IMG/VR virus record: IMGVR_UViG_3300044949_001773
Location: 1-64,000 of that record
DNA length: 64,000 nt
Strand: one strand, 5' to 3'
Origin: a virus
Each line of letters opens with the position of its first letter. Position 1 is the stretch's first letter. Made by a program: the position numbers and the translations under genes. The notes below the pieces were generated by a model. That model was not told where the DNA came from, ran no database searches, and worked only from the letters and a program-made list of their open reading frames with translations. Positions 9,200 through 17,735 of the stretch are shown piece by piece.

Positions 9200-9697
9200 A
9201 TGAAGACATATTCGGAGTTTATTTTAGAAGCTGAAATTAAGTGGAATACCGCAAGATTGGGGGGAAGTGGTAAAAGTCCAGCAGATACGGCTAAGCAAAA
9301 ATTGACCAATGTATCAAAACAAATGACAGCTAGAGGCACTACTCCTCAACAAATGGTTAATATTGCTGGTAGGATCAAAAGAATGAAAGCTGGCATTGAT
9401 AAAGCTGATGAAAAGTTCAAAACAAAAGATCCAAGACCAGAAACTAGAGCAACTACTGCTCAACGAACTGGTAGAATGAGAGTCAATACCGGATATGCTT
9501 CTAAACCAGCAGACACTAGAGGAAGTACTGGGAGTCTTTCTGGAATTGCGTCTCCAGCAGGTGAGGGAAGTGGTAGTAGAGTTGCTGGAAGATATGGTGA
9601 TCTTAGAAAAGGTTCCTCAAATAATATTGGATCGACTCAAATTAATACTGGAAGAGGGTATACTGGAAGAAAATTTGGAAGGAGTGGTAATTTATAA
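9200..9697 (+). CDS. Putative internal head protein with a capsid-targeting leader and basic Gly/Arg-rich body
   Basis: N-terminus MKTYSEFILE resembles the T4 IP capsid-targeting sequence MKTYQEFIAE; late promoter upstream. Confidence 0.7.
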   Translation: MKTYSEFILEAEIKWNTARLGGSGKSPADTAKQKLTNVSKQMTARGTTPQQMVNIAGRIKRMKAGIDKADEKFKTKDPRPETRATTAQRTGRMRVNTGYASKPADTRGSTGSLSGIASPAGEGSGSRVAGRYGDLRKGSSNNIGSTQINTGRGYTGRKFGRSGNL

Positions 9698-9732
9698 ATA
9701 TATTATAGAAATCAATTCAAAAAAGTAAGAAT

Positions 9733-11061
9733 ATGGATTCTTTACATGTTAGAAATTTGATGGAAGCTTATGTTTCTGTCTACGACGAAGACCTAAGACA
9801 AGAGTTGTCATATATTGATGAAGATCTTTCATTTGTTGATGATCTTTCTGACAATGAGCTTGTTCAAATCATGGAAGAGATTCTTTCGGAAGAGGAAGTA
9901 ACTCTCCAAGAATGTCTTGATATTTTTGAAGGAGAACTTCTAAGTGAAGCAAGAGTTGATATGGCTGCTCGTGCTAAAGCAAGAAGAGAGTATGCTGTAT
10001 CATCCGAAAAGTCTGCTAGTGAAGCAAGAAAAAGATCCGCATCAGCACAGGCCGCAGCAGAAAGAGAAAAAACAGCTGAGCGTGGAAGAGTTGCTAAAAA
10101 GCATGCAATGAAGAGACTTCAAGTTGCTGCTACCAAAGCTGGCAGAAACATTCAGGATAAGGCTCAGAAAGCAAAAACTTTAGGTGCTGGAGCAGCTTCA
10201 GCTGTTGCTGGTGGTGCTGCTGAAGTAGGACGTAAACTAAGTTCTGCTAAGGAAAAAATTAAAGGTTTCCTCAAAGGAGCTAAGAAGGCAGCTACAAAAG
10301 TAGTAGATAGAATTAGTGGAAAAGAGGCTAAGCGCACTGCAATTAAAAGAACTGCTTTCAATAAGAGAAAGGAAGAAAGGGCAGCAGCTTCTAAATCAAT
10401 GGCTAAAAGATCATTTGATAAGCCATCAAGTGAAGCTCCAAAATCAACATGGAGAGCTGGTGGCGAAAATGTAAAGCGTACTTTCCAATCTTCAGCTTCT
10501 TCATCTTCTTCTAAAACTTCTTCAAAGGAAGCTCCAAAATCAACATTGAAACCTAATGTTCCTGGAAGAAAGGAAAGGGTATCTGGTGGTGGTATTAAAT
10601 CAAAAACAGTATCTGCCAATAGTGGTGGTCCCTCCTCAACTGGTAGATTACTTCCTCCAGTAGGTGCTGCTTCAGCAACTCCATCAGGTAAGCCTAGAAG
10701 AGAATCTCAAAGAGAACTTGCTATGAGTAGAGCTAAATCTAGAGGAAGAAAACTTTTAAATCAGGGCGATTTTGATCTGTTTACTGATATGATTGCTGAA
10801 GAGCTCATGTTTGAAGGCTATGCTTCTAATCTTTGGGAAGCATATGATATCATCTTAGAAATGGATGATTTTGATCTTGATGATATTGTAGAAGCTTTTG
10901 AAGAGTATCTTGTTGAAGAAGTAGAAGGTGAAGATTATGTAGATGCTTATGATGTAGTTCTTCAGCATTTACTTGATGAAGGTTATGCTGATAGTGTTGA
11001 ATCTGCGGAATCAATCATGGCAAACATGAGTGAAGAGTGGAGAAGTAGCATTCTTGGCTGA
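9733..11061 (+). CDS. Putative prohead-processed protein with acidic ends and a basic Ala/Lys core
   Basis: TATAAATA at 9693; acidic aa 1-72 ending LLSE, basic aa 73-345, duplicated acidic EGYA module at the C-terminus. Confidence 0.7.
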   Translation: MDSLHVRNLMEAYVSVYDEDLRQELSYIDEDLSFVDDLSDNELVQIMEEILSEEEVTLQECLDIFEGELLSEARVDMAARAKARREYAVSSEKSASEARKRSASAQAAAEREKTAERGRVAKKHAMKRLQVAATKAGRNIQDKAQKAKTLGAGAASAVAGGAAEVGRKLSSAKEKIKGFLKGAKKAATKVVDRISGKEAKRTAIKRTAFNKRKEERAAASKSMAKRSFDKPSSEAPKSTWRAGGENVKRTFQSSASSSSSKTSSKEAPKSTLKPNVPGRKERVSGGGIKSKTVSANSGGPSSTGRLLPPVGAASATPSGKPRRESQRELAMSRAKSRGRKLLNQGDFDLFTDMIAEELMFEGYASNLWEAYDIILEMDDFDLDDIVEAFEEYLVEEVEGEDYVDAYDVVLQHLLDEGYADSVESAESIMANMSEEWRSSILG

Positions 11062-11142
11062 TAGTTAATTTCAATTTTATTCTTAAGAGGGCTACATGCC
11101 CTCTTTTTTTATATCTAAATAATTAATAAATCTAGGAGAAAA

Positions 11143-11577
11143 ATGCCTAGAAAATATAGTAAAATACCAAAGGGAAAGGTTCAATCTTTTTTAGTATCTC
11201 AAAGAGAAAAATTAGAGAAACAAAAAGAAGAAAAAACTAGAATTGAAATTATAAAAGAAAGGATAAAATTTCTAACTAATCCGGAAGATATAATGGTGGA
11301 AATCATTGATGTTTTAAAGGATGTTGAAATAATTCCAAATGTCGGTGATTATTATACCTTTATATACAATGCCAAGACACCAAATATAGTATATGATCAG
11401 CATCCATTAATAGCAACATTCTCTATTCATGAATGGGGATTTTCTGGGTTTAATTTTCACTGGAATAAAATGAGAAATTATACATGGCAAGAAGTTGCTG
11501 GAAATCTTCATGTAGTAAATAATGATGAAATAATTGAAATGAGAAATATTGATTATGCTAAATTTTTGAGGAAATGA
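11143..11577 (+). CDS. gp2-like (DNA end protector family) protein
   Basis: YYTFIYNAKTP..YDQHPL..GFNFHW resembles the gp2 core motif. Confidence 0.55.
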   Translation: MPRKYSKIPKGKVQSFLVSQREKLEKQKEEKTRIEIIKERIKFLTNPEDIMVEIIDVLKDVEIIPNVGDYYTFIYNAKTPNIVYDQHPLIATFSIHEWGFSGFNFHWNKMRNYTWQEVAGNLHVVNNDEIIEMRNIDYAKFLRK

Positions 11578-11611
11578 TAATAAAATAAATAAAGATATAT
11601 TAATAAATAAA

Positions 11612-12814
11612 ATGAAAAAATTCTCAATCTTTTTAAAAGAAGCATCATTATCTCAAGCATCTATTAAGGCCAAGCAGATGGGTCTTAAAGCAGATGGGCA
11701 TGGTGGATGGTACAATGCTCAGGGAGAATTTGTTGCGAAAACGATTGGGGGAGAGTTAAAATTTTATACCAAAGGACAAAAAGTTGGTGAAAAGGATGCT
11801 CCAAATGCTCGCAAACCGGTTGAAGCCGGTGCTCAAAAACAAGCGGCTGTTGTTCAGCAACCAACTTCAAAAAAAGAAACTCAAAAAACATCAAGAAAAC
11901 TGACAGTAGTTTTTGGAAAATTTAATCCTCCTTCAAAAGACCATAAGAAGATATTTGATTTTGCTAAAACGAAATCAGTGGGATCTGATTTTAAAATTTA
12001 TCCATCAAGATCTCAGGACCCAAAAGCAAATCCTATGGACCCTGATACTAAAATTAAATATATGAAAAAAATGTTCCCAGAGTATTCTGATTATATTATT
12101 AATGACGAAGAAACTGGAACTATTTTTGATGTTTTACAGTCTGCAGAAGCTGATGGTTATGGGCAAGTTTTGATTGTAGTTGGATCAGATAGAGTTGCTG
12201 AATTTAGATCGTTAGCAATTAAACATAATGGAAGTCTTTATAATTTTGATGATATTCAAGTGATTCCTGGAAGTGAAAAAGATATTGATTCAAACCGACC
12301 ATCTGAAAGTATGTCTGCTAAGATGCGTCAATCCGCATCAAAAGATGATTTTGCTACTTTTAAAACGGGTGTAACTAAAGAATTAACAGATAAGGACAAA
12401 GAGCAGTTGTATAAACTTGTCCGTAAAAATATGTCAGAGTCTTATGAATTATGGGAAATATCTCCAAAGTCTGATTATAGAAATTTAAGAGAAAACTATA
12501 TTAAAGAGCGTATATTTAAACTTGGATCAATTGTTGAAAATGTAAATACTGGCCTTATTGGCAAGATTATTCGTAGAGGAACAAATTATTTAATCTGTGT
12601 AACGGAAGATAACATTATGTTCAAATCTTGGATTACTGATGTTGTAGAAAAAAAACAATTTACAAATATTTCTGGTGTTTCTTCGGATCAAAGAAAGGTT
12701 GGAACAACATCACTTACTAAGTATGCTATGAAAATGGCCGGTGTTAATAGTATTAGAAATTTTATAAATAAGTATAAAGTAATAGACAGACATCATACTA
12801 ATGACGAAGTATAA
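11612..12814 (+). CDS. Cyanophage cytidylyltransferase-like protein with a capsid-targeting-like leader
   Basis: TVVFGKFNPP, IVVGSDRV and MSAKMR Rossmann nucleotidyltransferase motifs; N-terminus MKKFSIFLKE. Confidence 0.8.
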   Translation: MKKFSIFLKEASLSQASIKAKQMGLKADGHGGWYNAQGEFVAKTIGGELKFYTKGQKVGEKDAPNARKPVEAGAQKQAAVVQQPTSKKETQKTSRKLTVVFGKFNPPSKDHKKIFDFAKTKSVGSDFKIYPSRSQDPKANPMDPDTKIKYMKKMFPEYSDYIINDEETGTIFDVLQSAEADGYGQVLIVVGSDRVAEFRSLAIKHNGSLYNFDDIQVIPGSEKDIDSNRPSESMSAKMRQSASKDDFATFKTGVTKELTDKDKEQLYKLVRKNMSESYELWEISPKSDYRNLRENYIKERIFKLGSIVENVNTGLIGKIIRRGTNYLICVTEDNIMFKSWITDVVEKKQFTNISGVSSDQRKVGTTSLTKYAMKMAGVNSIRNFINKYKVIDRHHTNDEV

Positions 12815-14363
12815 AACTATCACTCAAATTTATTTTGAGGAAATCGCTCTTTCAGAAGCAAAGAAAAAAGCAAAACTTGATCCAGTTGGTAAAGAAGATT
12901 CTGATATTGATAATGATGGGGTGGAAAACGACGAGAATGATAAGTATATAGAAAAACGCCGAGAAACAATTGGAAAGGCAATCTCAAAGAAAAATTCTAA
13001 AAAATGCGAAGAGTGTGGAAAATCTCCTTGTGAGTGTGAAGATGTGAATGAGGAGAAAAATGTTCATGGAGAAATTGAAGTTCCATCAAAAAATCTTTCT
13101 AAATTAATAAAAAAAGCAGTAAAAAGAATTGATACTGATGTAGATGGCGATGTGGATAAGAATGATCCAAGCGCTGGAGATTTTGGCGAATTTGTTCCAT
13201 CAGTTGATGGTAAAAAAAGAGTTTATACTGCTCTTAAAAATTCTTATGAATATTCAAATTGGAGAGAAGAACTTATAGAGGTAGTATCTTTAGTTGAAAA
13301 AAAAACTCAATCACCAAAAGTAAAAGAAGGAAATGTAAATAATTATTCTTCTTCAGTTGTCAATTTAAAGCCTCAGTTAAAAGAAGCTGTTGAAAACCTT
13401 GGGGGAGTTTTACTTGAAGCAGAAGAACTAGATAACGAACCTCAAGATATTTTTGAGAATGTAACTGATGCCGAAGTATATCTTTTAGATGATTATACAA
13501 TTAATTATGTTGTTGAGAATGTAATTTTTGATTTTCTTGATGAAGGCTATGATATTGATTATATTTGTGATTCTATTATGGAATCTGTAAATTATTCTTT
13601 GGAAGTTTTGAATGAGGCAACTGCTATGAGTTCTAGAGTTGGTGCTGCTGCTCATAATCGTGCTGCTCAAAGAGCAACTCAAAGAGCATCTAGAAGAGCT
13701 TCAAAGGCTAATAAGGTAGGTAATGCGGTGAATGCTGTAAAGAATTTAGTTAAAAGTGGTATAAAGGGAGCAGCTTATGGAACTGGCTACGTTGCTGGAG
13801 CTGGTGTAAGAGCAGCTAAAGGTGCGGTTAAAACTGCCGTAAAGGGAGCTGGATATGTTGCTGGAGCTGGTGTAAGAGCAGCTAAAGGAATTGGTTCACA
13901 AGCATCTACGGGGTATGCTGCTGGCCGTAAAAAGCAAGCGCAAAGTGGTTCTTCAACTACAGATACTTCAGACTCAACACAGTCTGCAGAAAGATTAAGT
14001 GGCTCTCAAACTCCTGCTTCTGGCAGGTATCGCTATGTTCGTCAAGAACCAAAGCAAAAAAATCTAGCTCAAAGATTTGGCGATGGTCTTAGAAGATTGG
14101 TGGCAAGAGGATTGAGATCGGCTTCTAGAGGATCAAGAAATCTTGCTAGAACTATTGATGTAAAGGAAACTTTTATTAATGAAAAGGCTGAAAGTGAGCA
14201 ACAACAAAAACTTTTTGGACTTGCTCTCTCAGTTAAGAGGGGAAAAACTCCAAGATCTGAAGTAAGTCCTGATGTTTTAAAAATTGTCGATTCAATGAGT
14301 GAAAAGGAAATTCGTAAATACGCGGGAACTCCTCATAAAGGAATTCCGAAAAAAAAAATTTGA
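12801..14363 (+). CDS. Large modular late protein (alternating acidic/basic blocks, DxDxDG motifs, C-terminal DUF3008-like domain)
   Basis: TATAAATA at 12763; LSE/VNE/LNE/INE junctions; KAESEQQQKLFGLALSVKRG...MSEKEIRKYAGTPHKGIP. Confidence 0.7.
   Translation: MTKYKTITQIYFEEIALSEAKKKAKLDPVGKEDSDIDNDGVENDENDKYIEKRRETIGKAISKKNSKKCEECGKSPCECEDVNEEKNVHGEIEVPSKNLSKLIKKAVKRIDTDVDGDVDKNDPSAGDFGEFVPSVDGKKRVYTALKNSYEYSNWREELIEVVSLVEKKTQSPKVKEGNVNNYSSSVVNLKPQLKEAVENLGGVLLEAEELDNEPQDIFENVTDAEVYLLDDYTINYVVENVIFDFLDEGYDIDYICDSIMESVNYSLEVLNEATAMSSRVGAAAHNRAAQRATQRASRRASKANKVGNAVNAVKNLVKSGIKGAAYGTGYVAGAGVRAAKGAVKTAVKGAGYVAGAGVRAAKGIGSQASTGYAAGRKKQAQSGSSTTDTSDSTQSAERLSGSQTPASGRYRYVRQEPKQKNLAQRFGDGLRRLVARGLRSASRGSRNLARTIDVKETFINEKAESEQQQKLFGLALSVKRGKTPRSEVSPDVLKIVDSMSEKEIRKYAGTPHKGIPKKKI
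13791..13888 (+). repeat. 32-nt direct repeat with 66-nt period, inside the CDS
   Basis: gttgctggagctggtgtaagagcagctaaagg at 13791 and 13857, encoding VAGAGVRAAKG twice. Confidence 0.9.
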
Positions 14364-14558
14364 AGAGCAAATAGAAGCAACAACTCCTGAGCAAATTGTT
14401 GCCAATCAAAAGTTAGCTGCTGCTCAAAAAATTGTTAATGCCGCAAATGAAAAAGCCTTGAGAAATAAAAAGCAGCAAATAACTAAACCTGAAAATAATA
14501 CTGCTTCTTGATAAATAAAAAATCTAAATAGTTTTGAATCCATTATCCGGAGGTTATC

Positions 14559-14729
14559 ATGGGAGTATTAGTAGAGGTTGTAAAACCACTTCTTTTCGCA
14601 GCAATGAATTCTTGTCACACTAAGCGTCTTGTAGTAGAATTACTTGAGCGTTATGTGAATACTACTGACAATGATATTGATAATGTAATTGCGGGATCTG
14701 TAAGATCAGCACTTCTTAAGGGTTGCTGA
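14559..14729 (+). CDS. Small conserved hypothetical protein (56 aa)
   Basis: SD ggagg; ...KRLVVELLERYVNTTDNDIDN...; TAAATA upstream. Confidence 0.7.
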   Translation: MGVLVEVVKPLLFAAMNSCHTKRLVVELLERYVNTTDNDIDNVIAGSVRSALLKGC

Positions 14730-14829
14730 TAAGCAAAAATATAAACAAAAATATAAGAGACCTTAAAATACAAGGTCTCTTTTTTTATAAATACTCATAG
14801 CAAATAATTTTTTTTTACGGAAGAAAGAC

Positions 14830-15651
14830 ATGGCACTCTGGGGAAATAACGATGCAGTAGGTGCTGGTGGTTTAGTATCGTTAGATTACACCACTGGCGT
14901 TGTTACTGGCAGTGGAACTACTTTTGGTCAAGTTGGAGCAGCTTCTACTGGTGATGTTATTAGATTTGGACTTCGTAATGGTACATATTTTGGTGATGCT
15001 GTAATTGTGGGCATCGCAAGCACTACTCAGTTGAGTATTGGTTCAACCGCTGGATTGAGTGGAGCATCAATTGCTTCAACATCATTTACTGTAAGTCAGC
15101 TTCCAAAATATACTGTAGTAGATAGTCATTATAGCGAAGTTAATACTACATATGATTCTTATGTATATGGCGTTTCTTCCGCTGAAGGAGAAGCTACACA
15201 TTTAACTACATACAATGCAACTCATGGTGGATGGGTTGGAGTAACAACATATATTGATGCTCACGGTAACTTAAGAACAAAGAATGAAGTTCTTGTTGCC
15301 ATGTCAAGCATTATTAATGATGCGGAAGATGACCAAGTATTCCCAGATAGAGTAATTACTATTCTCACTCAGCCCTCTAGTGTAGGTGTAGGAACGACTG
15401 CTCTTGCTACATTTACTGTTCTTGCTAGTGCCACACCAACTGGAGCTCTTTCCTATCAATGGCAATATTCCGCAAATGGAATTACTTATAACCCACTCAG
15501 TAATAATTCCACCTATTCCGGCGTAGCAACTAATAATCTTGTAGTGACTAATACTGACGATTCTTTAGATGGATATTCATACAGAGTTGTTGTTTCTGCG
15601 ACAGATGCGAGTAATGTAACATCTAATGCTGCTGTAATGACAGTTTCTTGA
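14830..15651 (+). CDS. Virion structural protein with a C-terminal Ig-like domain
   Basis: MALWGNND start, HGGWVGVTTY..G.LR.K.EVLVAMS, Ig-like ITILTQP..YQWQ..YRVVV; TATAAATA at 14786. Confidence 0.8.
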   Translation: MALWGNNDAVGAGGLVSLDYTTGVVTGSGTTFGQVGAASTGDVIRFGLRNGTYFGDAVIVGIASTTQLSIGSTAGLSGASIASTSFTVSQLPKYTVVDSHYSEVNTTYDSYVYGVSSAEGEATHLTTYNATHGGWVGVTTYIDAHGNLRTKNEVLVAMSSIINDAEDDQVFPDRVITILTQPSSVGVGTTALATFTVLASATPTGALSYQWQYSANGITYNPLSNNSTYSGVATNNLVVTNTDDSLDGYSYRVVVSATDASNVTSNAAVMTVS

Positions 15652-15657
15652 TAATAT

Positions 15658-16044
15658 ATGATTTTTAATGAACTGAACGAAGATAACTTTCTTTTATTTG
15701 CGATTAAGAATTATGAAAACCCTCAATCAGTCACTAAAGAAGACTTTGAAAAGGATCTGAATAGATTCAAATATATTAAGAGATTATTGAGAAAATATAA
15801 AAAAGAAGGTGATCTTAAAACTCACCTTCTTTTGAACCATTTTATAATTCTTTACAATATATTTGGTGAGGCATCTACTCCAATGCTATTCTATAAGTTG
15901 GAATCTGAGTTGTGGTCTCCTTTAAAAACTTTTTTGTATGTTTTGGATAAAATACCAGAATATCCAAAAACTTTTTTAAATGAAATAGAAATAGATCAAT
16001 ATTGTCTAGATAAATTAAGAAAGATTTACAATGAAGAAGAGTAA
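15658..16044 (+). CDS. Conserved T4-like cyanophage hypothetical protein
   Basis: FLLFAIKNYENP..DFEKDLNRFKYIKRL..LLNHFIILYNIFG. Confidence 0.8.
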   Translation: MIFNELNEDNFLLFAIKNYENPQSVTKEDFEKDLNRFKYIKRLLRKYKKEGDLKTHLLLNHFIILYNIFGEASTPMLFYKLESELWSPLKTFLYVLDKIPEYPKTFLNEIEIDQYCLDKLRKIYNEEE

Positions 16045-16231
16045 AATAGACAGGTTAATTGAATCTGTAAGAAAATTAAAAGAGGAAGGGATTGCTATTG
16101 CAAATACAAGCAATTCTGATTCTTTGGGATTTGACCCAGAAACAGAAACACCTCCGGTAAAAAATAAAAAACGACGAATTTATATGAAGGGTATGAGATC
16201 CTGGTGGAAAAAACTATCAAATAATAAATAA
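16031..16231 (+). CDS. Hypothetical protein
   Basis: ORF overlapping the previous stop; phage-like codon usage. Confidence 0.6.
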   Translation: MKKSKIDRLIESVRKLKEEGIAIANTSNSDSLGFDPETETPPVKNKKRRIYMKGMRSWWKKLSNNK

Positions 16232-16370
16232 TTCTAATAATGTGGCATTATGCCAGATGAAAGGTAAGTCTGTAACTTATTATGATATTTTAAAGATTAC
16301 TAATTCGGTTATAAAGTGGACCGGCATCATAACTTACTTCTGTGTAAAAGAACCATACTGATTTAAGAAA

Positions 16371-16760
16371 ATGCTGTTCGGAAAAGACAAAAGTAACATT
16401 GCTGTATTGGAATCTAAATTCCAAATATACGAAGATTTATCTAAAGAAATGTTGGATAAGTTGGAAAGGGCAGTTGCCACTATCGGTGATAATAGCAACA
16501 GAATATCACTGATACTTGAACGTCATGAAATGAGATTAGAACAGAGCGATAAAGCAGATGAAGCAATACTTAAACTAATTGAAAAGGTAGAACAACAAAT
16601 TAAGGATGTTGAATTAAAAGTAAGTAATCTATCTAGATTTCGTTGGATTGCTGTTGGAATCAGTCTAGCTTTAATTACCGTGATAGAATCCAATGCAATT
16701 TTTGCAAACTTCTTGACACCCAATCCATCTCCTGCTAAAGTTGATCAGTATAAAAATTAA
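16371..16760 (+). CDS. Coiled-coil protein with a C-terminal transmembrane helix
   Basis: Heptad-rich N-terminal part, RFRWIAVGISLALITVI TM; typical gene before primase. Confidence 0.7.
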   Translation: MLFGKDKSNIAVLESKFQIYEDLSKEMLDKLERAVATIGDNSNRISLILERHEMRLEQSDKADEAILKLIEKVEQQIKDVELKVSNLSRFRWIAVGISLALITVIESNAIFANFLTPNPSPAKVDQYKN

Positions 16761-16766
16761 TTTATC

Positions 16767-17735
16767 ATGGACTTTGTTGATATTAAATATGTTAATTTGA
16801 TATCTTCTAAATTGTTAAAATTTAAAAAAATAAAAAATAATCTTTATAATTGCCGGTGCCCAATTTGCGGAGATTCTAAAAAAAATAAAAATAAAGCAAG
16901 AGGGTACTTTTACCAAGTAAAAAATAACACAAATTATAAATGCCATAACTGTGGAGTTAATATATCATTTAATAATTTTTTAAAGGAATTTGATTCATCT
17001 ACTTATAAGCAATATCAGCTTGATAAATTTAAAGAAGGTCATACTGGAAAAAACTTTTCGGTTGAAGAACCTAAATTTGAATTTCAGGTTCCAAAATTTA
17101 AACCAAAACTAGATTTATTAAAGGCTTCAGAAAATGAAGTATCCAGAAACTATCTAGAAAGTAGAAAACTAAACTCTTATAAATTTTATTACGCAGATAA
17201 ATTTAAATCGTGGACAAATTCCCTCAAAAAAGTCTTCGATGATACTAGTAAAGATGAACCTAGGATTGTTATTCCTCTGTTCTATCAAAATACTCTTGTG
17301 GGATTTCAGGGCAGATCACTTGGCCCAAGCAAGATCAAATACATTACCGTAATGCTTAATGATGACGCACCAAAAATCTACGGTCTCGATGAGATTGAAA
17401 AAAGTAAAACTGTCTACATCACAGAAGGTCCATTCGACTCAACTTTCATTCGCAACTCAATTGCTCTTTGCGGAGCTGATGGTGATGTTAGTAAGTGGGG
17501 TATTAGCGATTGTGTTTGGATTTATGATAACGAACCACGTAATGCGGAAATCCACGCAAGAATATCCCGTGCCATTAGTGGCGGACAAAAAGTTGTTATC
17601 TGGCCAACAACAATAAAAGAAAAAGATATTAATGATATGATTTTGTCTGGACTTGATGTTCAATCTGTGATAGAATCAAATACCTACTCAGGATTAGAAG
17701 CAAAACTTAAATTTACCACCTGGAAAAAAATATGA
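16767..17735 (+). CDS. gp61: DNA primase (gp61)
   Basis: CPICGDS and CHNC zinc ribbon; TOPRIM TEGPFDS, YDNEPRN and KDINDM. Confidence 0.96.
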   Translation: MDFVDIKYVNLISSKLLKFKKIKNNLYNCRCPICGDSKKNKNKARGYFYQVKNNTNYKCHNCGVNISFNNFLKEFDSSTYKQYQLDKFKEGHTGKNFSVEEPKFEFQVPKFKPKLDLLKASENEVSRNYLESRKLNSYKFYYADKFKSWTNSLKKVFDDTSKDEPRIVIPLFYQNTLVGFQGRSLGPSKIKYITVMLNDDAPKIYGLDEIEKSKTVYITEGPFDSTFIRNSIALCGADGDVSKWGISDCVWIYDNEPRNAEIHARISRAISGGQKVVIWPTTIKEKDINDMILSGLDVQSVIESNTYSGLEAKLKFTTWKKI

